NCBI GenBank assembly: GCA_904063045.1 | Contig: CAJFCJ010000010.1 | Span: 558,001 to 622,000, forward strand | Reading direction: 5' to 3' | DNA length: 64,000 nt | DNA from: Dimorphilus gyrociliatus | Taxonomy: Eukaryota > Animalia > Annelida | Part shown: one piece after another, positions 1 to 13,400 of the stretch | Numbering within the stretch: the first letter of the stretch is position 1 | Layout: each line of letters opens with the position of its first letter | Notes under the pieces: model-generated | Told to the model about the DNA's origin: nothing | The model's input: the letters and a program-made list of their open reading frames with translations, nothing else | Databases searched by the model: none | Program-made: the position numbers and the translations under genes

Positions 1-932
1 TTTTGCTTTATTCATCGTTTATAAAATAAGATTAAATAATTAATAGAGAACTTTAAAATTTATACATACAACAAGTGTGAAGAAATGCGAGAGTTTGTGT
101 TTACTCAATTGATGTTGCATTGTTTATGAAAGAATGTTAAGAAAACATTTAAAAGTGTTAAAACAATTGTAGTTTATACGAAAACAAGTTTGTTTGATGT
201 TGTAGACTGGTTACGTGGTGTTTTGTTTATTTGATTGAAATGCGAAAGAGGGACAATTTAGTTTGCAAATATCATGCTAAATTATACAAAAGTTTGAATG
301 CAAAGACATGTAAAGGGAAACGTATATCAGCCAAATGATTTTAACATTGTATTAGTTATAATATAGCCTTTTAGGTATTTTCACACAAAACTTTTTTGAA
401 TAAATAATCTACTTTCGAGGTTTAAAACTTACGGCGGTAAAATTCTCCTCTGTGAGAGAGTTTTTGGAAAAACGGAAGAGACTTAAAGACTCTTTGGCCA
501 CTAATTAACAAGTATACAAATTACTGTTTGCCAAATAATTCAGGACAATGACCTAATCAAATATCAAAAAAAAAAATTCGTGCATTAGATGGCGCCATAA
601 ACGGCTATATAAATTAATCCTTAGACAGATCGATTGTAACCCGCCTATTTCGCATTTTTGCTGCCCCGATCGAATGTTCACCACAAAAGGTAAAATTAAG
701 AGGATTCATAGGCTATTTTTGTTGAAGAGATTGTAAAATTCTTGAATAATCCCCATTTTTTACGAATCTACCGAAGCTCTCCGGTGTGTTGATAGGCCTT
801 TCAATAAAGTCGTATTGTAAAGAGTCAAAGACTCGTTTTTTTTTCAAAACTAGGTCATATTGAACATCTTATCCAAGGCCCATCAAATACCGTTTAAAGC
901 TCGTTGAAAAAAAGCACTGTATTCTATAAATT

Positions 933-1271
933 ATGGAAAGAACTCGAGCGATTTCGTCTGATGAATTAATTCTCGAGCACATGAGAACAAAACGGGTAGT
1001 TGGAGTAATGAAAAAGGATGGAGAAGAGACACCCGCCTACTTGAAGAGGGTCGAAAAGACGTCAACTTCATCGGAAGATGGGGATAGCGTTCTTAAACTC
1101 ATAAGAGATAGTAGATTGACAAAGGACATTCAAGAGCGATATTTAAAAGGAGCGAGTAGTTCGATAGAGGAGAAAGACGATCAGGATTTAATGCTTCGAC
1201 ATATGAGAAATAATGGAGTAGTAAGGAAGAGTATTGAATATATCTCGAATTTATCAGTACCTTCAGAATAA
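933..1271 (+). CDS. Orphan single-exon 112-aa protein with three ~34-40 aa internal repeats
   Basis: ATG-to-TAA ORF with coding-like composition inside AT-rich DNA. Repeats: SSDELILEHMRTKRVV / YLK..SEDGDSVLKLIRDSRL / YLK..EKDDQDLMLRHMRNNGVV. YY1-like AGATGGCG upstream near 588. No family recognised. Confidence 0.55.
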   Translation: MERTRAISSDELILEHMRTKRVVGVMKKDGEETPAYLKRVEKTSTSSEDGDSVLKLIRDSRLTKDIQERYLKGASSSIEEKDDQDLMLRHMRNNGVVRKSIEYISNLSVPSE

Positions 1272-3790
1272 ACAGAAGAAATAGAGAACAACATAAACTT
1301 TTACAATATAGATTTAACTTTTTGCGTTATATTATTGGAAGAAAAAGAGGCAGAAAGGGAAAGAAGGAATGATTGGAGGAAATTACGATAGAAAGAAGGA
1401 TTTTAGTTACGCTACAACTTCGATTAATAGTGATTATTCTTGGAAAAAAAAGAAGAAAAGGTCCTTCTCCTATCAATATAAAATATCCAATTTATTTCAT
1501 ATTTCCCCCGTAACTAAAAGCTTTGTTAAATGCCTTAATCTTAGTTATTTTATAAATTTCTTTATACCATTCTCTTTCTCTCTATCATCTCTGTTTCTTT
1601 CGAAGACTTGAAACTTTTACAATCAACATTTCGTTATAAAAAAAGAGAGGAAAGCAAAGATAACGTTAGCTTATCTACTTTCCTGTTTTTGTTTTATATA
1701 TATATATATATATATAGAGTATATATACGTATATATTTTTTTGGAAAGATTTTATATAAATATAAATAGTTCAATAAGATCTGTTGCAGGAAAAAAAAAT
1801 AGATTTTCACCCAAAATGATGCTACTGATTTTTTTTTTTTTTGCTTCTTTACTATTAATACTATGAGTACGCTATTATTTCTATTATCAATTTACAATTA
1901 ATACTATAATCTCAATTCATTACTTAATATGCTTAATTAAAACCTATACATATATATATATATATATATATGTGTGTAGAGAAAGAAAGAATAAGTTAAT
2001 AAATTGAATATTGCTTTACGGACTTGTATTATATTTTATAAAAAAAGGGCGTAAACGAATAAGCTGTCAATAAAATGAATATCTGTGATTAGTTAAAGCT
2101 GTTAGTAGTAAAAGTCCATTTTTATTTTCAAAAGAACTCGAAGAGAGTTAGGCTTATTCTTTATTTTTTGTAATATTTTTTTGTTTAAAAAAAAAAAAGA
2201 AATAAGTAAATTTAGAGTAAAAAGTATTATTATAATTTAAGCTGTATATACTGTGGAAAAGTTTAGATTCTATTAAAACTTCTTTTATGTTAAGTAAAAG
2301 TTTAACTTATAAAAAAAAATCGAATGAATAGCCAACATTGTAAATATTTGATATATACACACATACATACATAGTCTGAGTGGAAAAATGAGATAGATAG
2401 ACAGATAGGCGACGCATAGTTAAAAAATTTTTATAGATATATTCGTGTACGCAATATTTTATAATTATATATATATATATATATATATATCTGTATAATA
2501 TGCGTGGAAAGTTGAAAATGCAAATATATCCAGGTCTATAAACTTCAAAGTTCAATAAATCAATAATGCAGGGACAAAATTTAAGAAGAAAAAACTATGT
2601 GTGGTTGAGATCCCAAGAAAAAATATCGATAATATTTATTCTATTTTGGCCTACTTTGATTGCTTTACGTACAAAATCGAAGTTAAAAAAAGAGTATATT
2701 TTAGATTACCTAGAAAAATAAAGGAAAAGAAAAATAGAATAGAGTGATTAAGTGATTATACACCCTCTAACGAGATAACATATAATGATGTAATAATGAA
2801 TATTTCAACTATCAATGATATACACTATTTCTTTTGCAAAATACCAATTCTTACCAAAGTACTGAAGTGTATAAATAAAAATAACAATAGCAATAAAATA
2901 GAAGATATAGATATAGATATTAAGAAATACTGGAAATCTATATTTATTTATATCTTCGTTTGAATTATAAGTGTATATAAATACATATCGGAAGAGATTT
3001 CGTACAATTGATAGAGCTTGGCCTATTCATTAATAGCTTTGAAAAATTATTGTTTGTAGAAATGATATGGTGAATAATAAAAAATCTTTTATGTGTATTT
3101 GCACGAAATATGGAAAGATAATAACAGAAATAAAAGGAATAAAAAGATAGAGAAGATAGATATTAATGATGTATAACTGGTATAGATTTTTGTTTCTTAC
3201 ATTAATGCATATCTATGTTGGTATTAACATATTTTATATTCAAACTTATTATCGAAAGTTAAACACTGCAGACAAATTAATACTTAGATACAAATGTACA
3301 CAAAACATTCGACGAATTAAAGATACCGTCACTCATAAAATGAAATAGCAAGCCCAATATGTCAAGTGCAAGATTAGAAGCTTTTTTAATACTTTTTTTT
3401 TCAATGTAAAGTTATTTAACAGATAGAACCTTTAGCAAATAGATTTTTGTAATAAAAATATAAAAAGGCCTCTCTCTTCGACAATGACAGATAAAAATAT
3501 TTAGGTGCTTTGTTTTTGCTTGAGTAATATAAAAAAATTGGGCAAGTAGCCGGTAAAGAAAAGAAAGTTGATAACTTAAAATTTTATCATATTTTCCACA
3601 CTAAAATCATATACTATATGTTATACATCTTTTAAAGCATTATATACAAGCTGAGCTACCTTATACCGTCTCTAAATTTGAAATATCAAATGTGGTTGCT
3701 AGAAAAAAAATAGAATTACATATGAAATGCATTAAAAGGAAAACAATTATTGAAATATAATACAATCAACAAACAATGTGCGCGCTTAAA

Positions 3791-3791
3791 G

Positions 3792-3824
<33 letters not shown>

Positions 3825-3826
3825 GG
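3791..3826. repeat. (GA)n microsatellite
   Basis: Direct reading. Confidence 0.9.
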
Positions 3827-4198
3827 GGCCAGTGAAATTAGAGAGCGCAGTGTGAATTTGTTACGTTATCTTAAAATTTTGCATATGAAGTATAAAGTAG
3901 TTAGTAACATTCTGAAAATAATAAAATGTAAAACGTATTCAAAAAAATAGCGATTGCGGAAAACTTGACTGAAAGTAGTAGGACGTTCTCTTTTTTTTGC
4001 TCCATAAAATTTCTCTAGAAGTTTCAACACCAAATTTACATATATATATATATATCAGCTGGAAGCATGATTCTTTTTATGGGCATAAACTTTTGATGTT
4101 CAGTCCTTTTCAGTACAGTTTTCTATCGCATTGTTTCTTTAGAATTACTGTTATCTGTAGACTTATGAATAATGAATAATTATATATCACTAGAATCT

Positions 4199-4597
4199 CT
4201 ATAGAGCATCACAGTCCAAATCGATGTCCAGCAAATCTACAGAGGTATATTCGGCATCTAAGCTAGGAAAGTCAGTTTCCAAATTTTGTAGAATTGTATC
4301 CAAATCATCCAAATTTGAATATTTATCTTTTGCAAATGACTTTATACTAGTAATTAATAGGTTTAACTGCTGATTTAACTTTTCTTTAAGCATTTGCTTC
4401 GTTTTCTTTAATATCTGATGAATACCGGTCATCTGTTTGGCGGTTATACTTAATCTTTGAACCAGCTCAAAGTTTTGCGATTGTTGACCCCTCAGTAATT
4501 CGGTTCTTAAATTGGCTGCACAGGTTTCTTTTGATCTTATAACTTCCGATATTTCTGTTAATTTTCGTACCAATTTAGAACAAACGTCCAGTCGCAT
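4199..4597 (-). CDS. Hypothetical 132-aa helical/coiled-coil protein with acidic tail
   Basis: Open ORF with heptad-like Leu spacing. ATG sits directly after an acceptor-like ttttacag. AAGATGGCG (YY1-like) promoter motif at about 4811-4819. No family recognised. Confidence 0.6.
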   Translation of the reverse strand: MRLDVCSKLVRKLTEISEVIRSKETCAANLRTELLRGQQSQNFELVQRLSITAKQMTGIHQILKKTKQMLKEKLNQQLNLLITSIKSFAKDKYSNLDDLDTILQNLETDFPSLDAEYTSVDLLDIDLDCDAL

Positions 4598-5267
4598 CTG
4601 TAAAAGCGATTATATTATTACAATTATTGCATTATCCAATTAGAAAGAATCACGTAATCATTAAGAACTTATTCCAACTTTATTGCCTATTAATTGCCAG
4701 ATATTACTATAACATTCGCTAATTTTGTTAATTATCACCGTCAGATGGCGATTTAATCCTACACGAGTGAACCTAATTTGGGATCACAAGGAGGCTTATC
4801 TGCTCGCTAGCGCCATCTTTATTTTTAACTGTAATAAAACAGATTTCCGACTATGACTTAAAAAATTATTATGATAAATAACAAAAGTAAACATTCAAAA
4901 AGGATAGATCCAGGTCAAAGAGTAGAAAAGAGTGGAAATTTTTGTGTTCTAAGACCTTTAAAGCTACATGACAAAGTTGAAAAGTGATAACGAAAAAAAC
5001 TGAACTCTTCACTTTTTGATCCCAAATTCAAAGTTGAACCACCAGGTACCAAAATGATGTCAACCTATAATTTTTTTATAGCATCCAAATTAGAGATAGT
5101 TGTCAAATAGAGGAAATTAAAGATTTATTTTTTGACCCACTTAATATAGATTAAAATCAACAAATATGTAACGTATGTAGTGCTCTTAAAGATACTTAGA
5201 CAGTATATATATATATACTTTTTTGTCCTAAATTGCTAATATATATGCTGCATATAGATGGGGCATA

Positions 5268-8200
5268 TTAAAAAAAGTTGCTCGTATTTACCTTATCCTT
5301 TTCTGATAGACAATCTATTGTTATACATGGAACTGAAATCTCTTGACAGATTTGTCTTAATAGTTCACTGTCAGAGCCAGGAGGGGATGATTGAATATCC
5401 ATATCATTAATATCTTCAGGTATATTTGGTGGGGCTGATGCTGGTCCCTTAATTATTTCCACAGCTTTTTCATTATTACAGCCGCAATCTGATAGTGTTC
5501 TTTTCACCAAAGAGTCGAAACACGGTTTTACGAAGGGTACATCCTTTTGAATACTATATTGCCCGGTATCAACAACAGTTTTTCGGCTTACGTTATATCC
5601 TTTTCTTGGAAATAGTTCTTGTCTAGTCAAATCGATTTTATATTTAGTCTCACCAACAACCACCTTAACCTTGTCATTTTCTGATTCCATATCGATTTCC
5701 GGTTCTGGATCCGAAACCTCAATAGTAGCTATTCGTTCCGTAATGTCCTCCAATTGCAGCCCGTTATCGCTGTATTTGGAAACTAAGAGGCTTTGTTCTT
5801 TTAACAACTTTTCACCTTCCTCTTTGTCAACTACTTCGTTGACGGAGATTATGTGTCTAGGTTTGGACGTCCACATGTCGACAACCATGTGAGATCTATT
5901 TTTAATATAAATCTGTTGTCTAGTTTTGGTGAACATCCGAAAACAGGTGTTTGGTATATCTCCAGTGGTCAGAACTGATTTAAAGCAAAAAACAAGAAAT
6001 ATTGAGCTTTCAAAGTAGATACTATATATATACTGTATATAAAAATATACATTTAAAATACATATATGCATGTATAATGAAAGAATAGCTATGTATATAT
6101 GCAGTATTAATATTTTATATATAGGGAGCATATCATAATACAAGGTATGTTTATTTTTTACCTATTTTTGAAGCACGTCCTTGCTGTTACTACGTTGATA
6201 GTATGGATAATATTTTTTTAAAAACTTATGTAAGCATTTGTGGAGGTAAGTATATCGACCTACTGCAAATTATGCAAATAAATCAATTAGCTGGAAAAAA
6301 TCTTAGTCGGCCTATTCGAATTGGATTTCAACTGTTTTTGCTCCTATTTATTATATATTGTTGGGCTATAGGCCTACAAAGCTTTCAGAGAGGATATTAA
6401 ATAACTATAGAAATCATCGATCAAGTATCTAAATGTGCTAGATTTATAAAAAAAAAGAATCGCAGTTGTTAACTTACAAATATTATGTTTTAAAACAATA
6501 GGTCCAATATCATCAGGATGAACCAGAGCGTAAGCTGAGAAACCAATCGATTCGGACGGGAAGAAGCCTGTTATGAGGCAACCCTTAGGATCGCTAAAGA
6601 TAATCTTTCCGTCCATTGAATGCTGAGTCACCCATTGATTAGATTCATCGGCAATCGGTAATAACTCGGTCGTTGGTTCATCTCCTGCCAAACGGCAAAA
6701 GCTTATCAAATAAGTTTTATGATTTTCTCTGGCGTCCAAGAAAGAAAAAAATTCTAATCGAACATATCCATTATTGTCGTTTCTAGCCAACCGAACATCA
6801 AAGTTTCGTTGTTTTTCATCAGTTACTACACGATAAGAGATATTAATAACTCTGCGTTGAGCAGTAAATAATAAATATTTGCCTATACCTTCTTCAAAAG
6901 CCCTGACAAATTTTGAATGGTCAGCAGGGTGTACAAAATTAAGGAGAGGGCATCCAAGGATGTCAGCCTGTGTAAATTGCAAAAATAGAATTCTTAATGG
7001 GATAAAGCACTATAGGTTCATGAAAGATTTACCAATTTGTAACCCAAAACATTCGTAATAGTATCAGAAGAGAAAACGATCTCGCTCTTTTCGTCACATG
7101 CTAAAATGAAACCATTAAAATTTTCCAGAAGGATATCAGTTAAATTCTGATTTCTTGGAAAACTTGGCCAGCGGTTTAAGTCTTTGCATCTTTTCAGTAA
7201 ATCTGTGTTAATTAAGATAAAACAAATAAAAGATAGTATTTTAGAGTGAAGACTTGAAATTGAGTAATAATTGTTGTCAGGAATAGAAAAGAGTAATTAG
7301 GGGCGTCCTCAAAGAGGAGCGCAAATGCATTTTTTTTGCATTTATATCGATTTCTATATACAAGGTGTACATATACTTAGCTTCACACTACTTAGTTATT
7401 ATCAATGTCAAACAAGGTAGATAAAGAACAGCTTATTCCTGGATGAAAAAAAAATAACTAAAAATACATTGGAGGGAATTGAAAATTTGTCCTTTTCTGT
7501 CAGTTTTTTTCCATCCCCACTGCTTAACATCCCGTAAAGAGGTCAACGAATTATTTCTAAGAAAACCTTGCGTGATATTATATAACATAAATAATTTCGG
7601 CATTAGTTGCTATCAAGTAGACGCTAATTATTAATGTCAATATCCAATTATTAATTTGAAAAATTGAAAGGAAAATATATTCATAAATGTTTTATCTGGT
7701 TACTTGGGATTTGTTCTGTAATTTAAAAACCAGTAACCTTTTTAAGGGGTACGGGAACAGTGTAGGGAAAAAGAGGAAGGTAGTATGAGTATTAAAGGAA
7801 AGAAATGATTGCATGTGGTATATGAAAATTTTAATAAGATTTGACGTCATTGTTAAATTGATGAAATTATTCATAGATAAAGTAATTTTGCGATAAAAAG
7901 ATGATCGATGGTGGTACATCTCCTAAAGATAGTTTGAAATCTTTATTTGTAATTAACAAATAAAGGCAATAATAGTAATTAATAAATCATTAAATTCCTT
8001 TTTTACATATAGCAGCTTAAATTTGACAATATAAACCTCATTAGAACTATATGTTCACATAATAGTAGAGCAGGCAAATACTGAAAAGCTTTCATAAATG
8101 GACATGTCCTACTTTAGTTCTTGATCTAATATTGCCTTTCAAAGACACTTTCTTATATTAAACTCAGGACTATTAATGGAAATGATATTTCCCTGTTAGA

Positions 8201-8668
8201 TAATTATGAGAAATATGCTACGTCTCCCCTTTTTAGAAGAAGATATTATATAATATAATAGCATTTTATATATCATTTCTTATCAGTTTTCACTCGTGAA
8301 TTTGATATTATAAATATTTCCTTAGGATGCTTATGATATTTTTACCTTGATGAACTTTTAAATAATTAACGGCCAATCGTAAAATTGATGTTTTATCCAA
8401 TCTTCTGTTAGATCTTTCCACAACTGGTAGTTGATTAGCCAATTCACTTATAAAATAGTTTAGCTTGTCTCGGCGTTGTTTCTCATTCTCCTTTCGAGTC
8501 AACCTTAAATCAAACAATTAATTTTGATATTTAAAAATCTATCGTTCGATATCAAATGTTATTGTTCGGAGAAAAAAAGAACAAAACATATATTAACCTC
8601 TTTGCGTCTTCTTCCTCTTCAGAATTGGAGGATACCCGACGTTTTCTACCCTTCCGATTCATCTCCAT
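5268..8668 (-). CDS. bHLH-PAS transcription factor, most similar to Methoprene-tolerant (Met/gce); Clock-family alternative
   Basis: Exons 8668-8598, 8503-8346, 7202-7033, 6967-6889, 6825-6478, 5974-5268 join in frame with GT-AG sites. bHLH RKENEKQRRDKLNYFISELANQLP..RRLDKTSILRLAVNYLK. PAS-A (FNGFILACDEKSEIVFSSDTITNVLGY..FVHPADH). PAS-B/PAC (TQHSMDGKIIFSD..VHPDD..FRMFTK..SKPRHIISVNEVV). Confidence 0.88.
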
Positions 8669-9478
8669 AGCTTCTCTAATAGTAGAGAAAATGATCAACT
8701 TATTAAGTTAACTTCCTTAGAATTCGATAGTAACTAATGAGAGCACATTAATGAGGCGTTATGCGATCTCTTATAAAACGATGTTTCAAGAAAAGAAAAT
8801 TGCAAACTTTTCAGGGCGATTTATTTTCTTGGAGCGAGGCATAATCCAGGTAATTGGTTAACATAAATTAAGCGTCGAACGACGCGCTTATAGCCTATAG
8901 GAGTTTAACGCCAGCTGTAGTATACAAGGTCAAGGACAAATGCAACCGGAAGTAGCCAAGGGCTGTCAATAACCGACTACAGTGAAGAATATTCTGTTGT
9001 TACCAGTATTTGTAGTCGAGTATAATAATGATAGAAAAATTATTTTAAGGCTTAATCAGTAAAGAAAAAAAATTCTACTGACCGATGTTGAAAATGTCCT
9101 GGATCAATTTAAAGGAACTTTCACGCACACTTTGTCACATTGATGATGCAACACATAAGTAGGTCATAAAACTAGATAGAATTACGTCTTATCAACGTCT
9201 ATACAACGTGCTTTGTTGATAAACTCTGCTCTAAAAAAAAATTATTCTTAACGGTCCAATTTGATCTTAATTTAAAAAGCGGGAAATTTAAAATATGTTC
9301 CAATCTATTGTGAATATTTAATAACATAGAAAGAAAAGGAAGTGATAAATGTATTTTCTTTATTAAGAATAGTCAAGATTTTTACCTTAGTAGTTTAATA
9401 ATACAAATATTACAATGAAACAAGAACATAAACTCTATATAAATTGTCAATTTAAGAGAGACTGTGGTAAAATAACAT

Positions 9479-9503
9479 TAATAATAATAATAATAATAAT
9501 AAT
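9479..9503. repeat. (AAT)n microsatellite
   Basis: Direct reading. Confidence 0.9.
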
Positions 9504-10418
9504 GTAACGTTTATAATTTGTTGGACGGTTATAATTATTCTTCAAATGATTTTTGTTTATCTTCTTTCCCTATTTCTATTTCTTTAGCTTGAACAGGAAA
9601 TCTTCCAAAAAAATGTTTCAAATTGAAGCATTACGTTTACAGTAACATCTATTAATTTCTTTCATGTTGACATAACGTTCATATCTTAACATAGGCATAT
9701 ATATTATTCATCAAAAGTGTAGACACACAGTATATAAATACATATATAAATTTATGAATATTTCTAGTTCGCTATCTATTGGTGAACCAAGATTTTTATC
9801 AGATCTATAAGGCATATACTTATATATTATAAACACACATGTGTTCTTTATATCTTAAAATTTTTGCTGTCTTATCGATAATACTTATCGCCCCGCCTTC
9901 CATAGATTGATTAGGTTGATATTTAGTCGTTTTTACTCAACATCTCAAAGTCTCAAACCAGACGGTTGAATTTATAGATTATTGAAAATAGTTATCATCG
10001 ATAGTTCATACATAGCAGGTCAATTCCTAGAAAAAGAAGCATGGCTTTTATAAAAATCTTCCTGTAATACTTCAAGTCAAGTTTCATTTTCAATAACTCT
10101 TTTGTTCTTACTAAAAAATATCTCAAAAAAATTCAGAATAGAGGCAATATGGGGTATATGCATACATGTATATATATATATATATACTAATATATACAGT
10201 ATATAATGTATATATACATGTATAGATAAAACTAGACTATGTTTTTATTATGCCTATTAAGCCATACTTACTTTCGTTGTAAATATACACGTTATAATGA
10301 TTATAATATTAATCAAACCATAATGATAATTGTATAATATTTTACGCAGACATAACAGAAGCTGTACTTGACATATATGTTTTTTTTTCTTTTCTTTTTC
10401 TTTTAAAGGACATTAAAA

Positions 10419-13400
10419 TTAAAACGTCCATATTCTAACTTTTTCGGCCACGAGACACCAATTACCGTGATCATATTTTGTGCTAATTATGTGTAAGTTT
10501 TTTATCTTATCCTCAATAAGAGCATTTAATTCTCCCTTTCTAAATACGTGATAGTATCTGCTAAGAGACGCCTCGTTATTATCACCGGCTTCTGAGTCGC
10601 TCTGAGAACGAGGTCTTGGTGACTTGTTTACGCATTCTATAGGCAGAGAGTCAGCTTTATGAACATGACGCCTTTCCCTCTGTTCTCTTTGATAGTCTAC
10701 GGCACTGTCTTCTGATTCTGTTGAAGAACCCGTTGACGAACGTACGAGTTTTTTTATTCTCATTCTATGGGGCCATCTATCGGTCGAGGGGAATCTTGCT
10801 GGGCGGATAGGAGGTGGAGGTGATACTTGTGGACCAGTTGGTCGCTTAACCGCAGTTTCCATCGAAACAATAGCATTTTTTGTTGTTTCTTGCCAACTAG
10901 CATTGACAAAGACTGAATCGTCGCCTCCGTCTAGAGACGTTTCTCGACTGCAATTCGGAGTTCCTTCTAGACTCTTTTGCCTTACAAGACGTGGAGGAAT
11001 TTTTTCAAACCGTTTTGCGCTGGCTTCCAACTCTGCAGCTCGAGAAGTCAAATCAGCCGGGTCACTAGTCGATAGATGGCGCTGCAAACTTTTCTTTTGC
11101 GTCCTTTGCCCGGGCATTCCCGTGCTACTTCTTGGAAAGTGTCGGACATCGAACCCGCTTTGTTTAACAGCTTTTTTATAATTTTCTACCATAGCTTTAT
11201 GAGGATCGAGAACGAATGGGTCTTGCTCTAGAACTTTCTCCATTAATCGCTTGTAGGCTAAATCCTGGAGAGCTGATTTGTCTGAGACTTGCAGCTGTTT
11301 AGTCGGCTGAGGTTGTTCATCATCTTGGCTCATTTTAGAAAACCAACCTACCAGTTTAGTCTTGACAAGATTTGGTAAACTACTACTTCGATTTTCTTCA
11401 CCTCCAGTGTTGCTTTCTGTAGAATCACCACGACTATTGCGCAAAGACAAGAAACCTGACATTCTTATACGATTAATTGTCGGAGTGGAGGGGGGTTTTT
11501 GAATAGATTTTATATATATTCCCGAATCTTGAGATCGGGCAGTTGAACCTGCCTGCATTTTTATAGTTGTATCAGAAGAACATCTCTCTCTAAGTGCTCT
11601 ATTTCGTCGAAGAGATTTCTTTTCTTCTTCATCCCCACTAGTTGAGCTAGCCGAACTTCTTATCCTCCTTTTACCAGGTGGCAGGCGCCATGGAATTAGG
11701 ACATCTTGGGCGTCGAATTTCCTTAATCGCTGTTCCAATGCCCAAACGTAAATCATCAGTTTACCGCCTGGACGTAATATTCTTGCTAGTTCTCGTATCG
11801 CCGCTATCCGCCTTTCAACATTGGTCAAATGATGTATAACGCCTATGGATATAACTGCGTCGAAAGAATCAGATTGGTAGGGCAAGTGCAAATTGTCTGC
11901 GAGACTGACATCGTTTCCCGTCCGAAGAGCTGCCAATGTAACTAGGGGACCACAACGATCGCTACCAGTTACAAATATCTTTGGATTGACACTTAAGTAT
12001 TTTCCATGTCCGCAGCCTGAGGAGATAAAGAAAGGATGAATAGAGCTATTCATAAAAAGAGAACTAATAAAAAAAATAGGTAGATAATTCCTAGAAAAGG
12101 AAGATATTTAGCCTTTCCTTCCTGTTTCCCCTATTTCTAATTTATAGCTAAGCACGTATATAGGAACACAAACACGCTTTCCGCCCTACGCTCTCTCCAA
12201 CTCCAATTTACTTTTTCTATTTCTTTTTCTTCATGTTCTCTCCTCCTTACCTTCCAAACAATAATGACATTTTCCTCTTTTTATTTATCTTCTTTTAGGG
12301 AAAATCTCTGATAAAGATTAAGATCCCTAACAATAGATGAAAAAAAGTTCTTTGGAGCAGTTTTATGGTTTGAATTGTGTATTTTCCTTTTTGAAGGGGA
12401 TCAAATTTACAGTCTCCCTTATGGATATGTATACCGGAAGAGGGGATGAAGAAGGAAATAAGGAATAGATAAAAATAGAAAATGAAAAACAAAACGTAGT
12501 AAATTAGCTTTTTCCGGTTATAAAATTAGGTGCTATCATATAACAATAATGACTTTTCATATACACGTAATAAATCATTCAGAGCAGCAATTTTTGTGCT
12601 TTGTTTTCCTGCCGTTTATAAAGCTGTATTTTACGTAAGTTAAGTGATAATAAATTAAGATGACGTCTAAAAAGTTTCAATTTGAAAGAACGTCACGAAG
12701 ATGTATTGAATTTCATATTAATATTTGCAGTTGAACTAGATTTTATTCTTCTTTTGGAATTAAAAATAGAAACAATTCTATGTATTATGATGAATAGATT
12801 TCAGAGGCTATCCAATGGAATTATTCATGTAAAAAAGACTTCTTAGAGGGGAAGAAACACTCTAAAGCGCTTCAAAGACTGAATTTATGCAACAAATCTT
12901 CTGGGTTTTTTTTTAAGAATAAAAGGGTCTACCGTGTGATGGTTGTGTTACGTCTATAAAAAAGAAATTTAATCGGACGCTCTTTTCCTAATTTGGTCAC
13001 GGGGTGACGTCAATAGAAACGACAATCGCCTTTCCCTACTGAGTCATTCATTCCACGCCCGATTTGCCATTTTCATTAAGATGTTGAAAATTACCGTCTA
13101 ATTTTTATCTAAAAATGCGCATGCGCAAGCTAGTCACGTAAAACGATTGTCAGCTTTATAACGTGTATCCACCTTGATGCATGTACAGATTTTAACAGGT
13201 CGACGAACTATTGTTTACACCTGAAGGCTTTGTTGATGCACTTCTTTTCAAATGTTTATTATGTTTATTCTCACGAAAGAAAACCTTCTTTGTTTGTATT
13301 TTTTTTCATCTGGATCAATCTTGAACTTAAACTATTAAATTATTCAAAATGAGAAATAGAGAGAAGTTGGAGCATATGACACATTTTCTTACCTTTGTTA

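Noticed and set aside
60-370. Stop-interrupted frame at the left edge, vaguely transposase-like (HCL*KNVKK)
   Set aside because: Multiple stops, no catalytic motif and no terminal repeats recognisable.
10903-11181. Plus-strand 92-aa ORF
   Set aside because: Antisense shadow of the TRMT9B coding exon. The same applies to 5671-5892, 35383-35767, 44716-45066, 45224-45505 and 52053-52412.
12786-12883. C box (ATGATGA) and D box (CTGA) pair suggesting a C/D snoRNA
   Set aside because: It is on the strand opposite the host gene, with no terminal stem and no recognisable rRNA antisense element.
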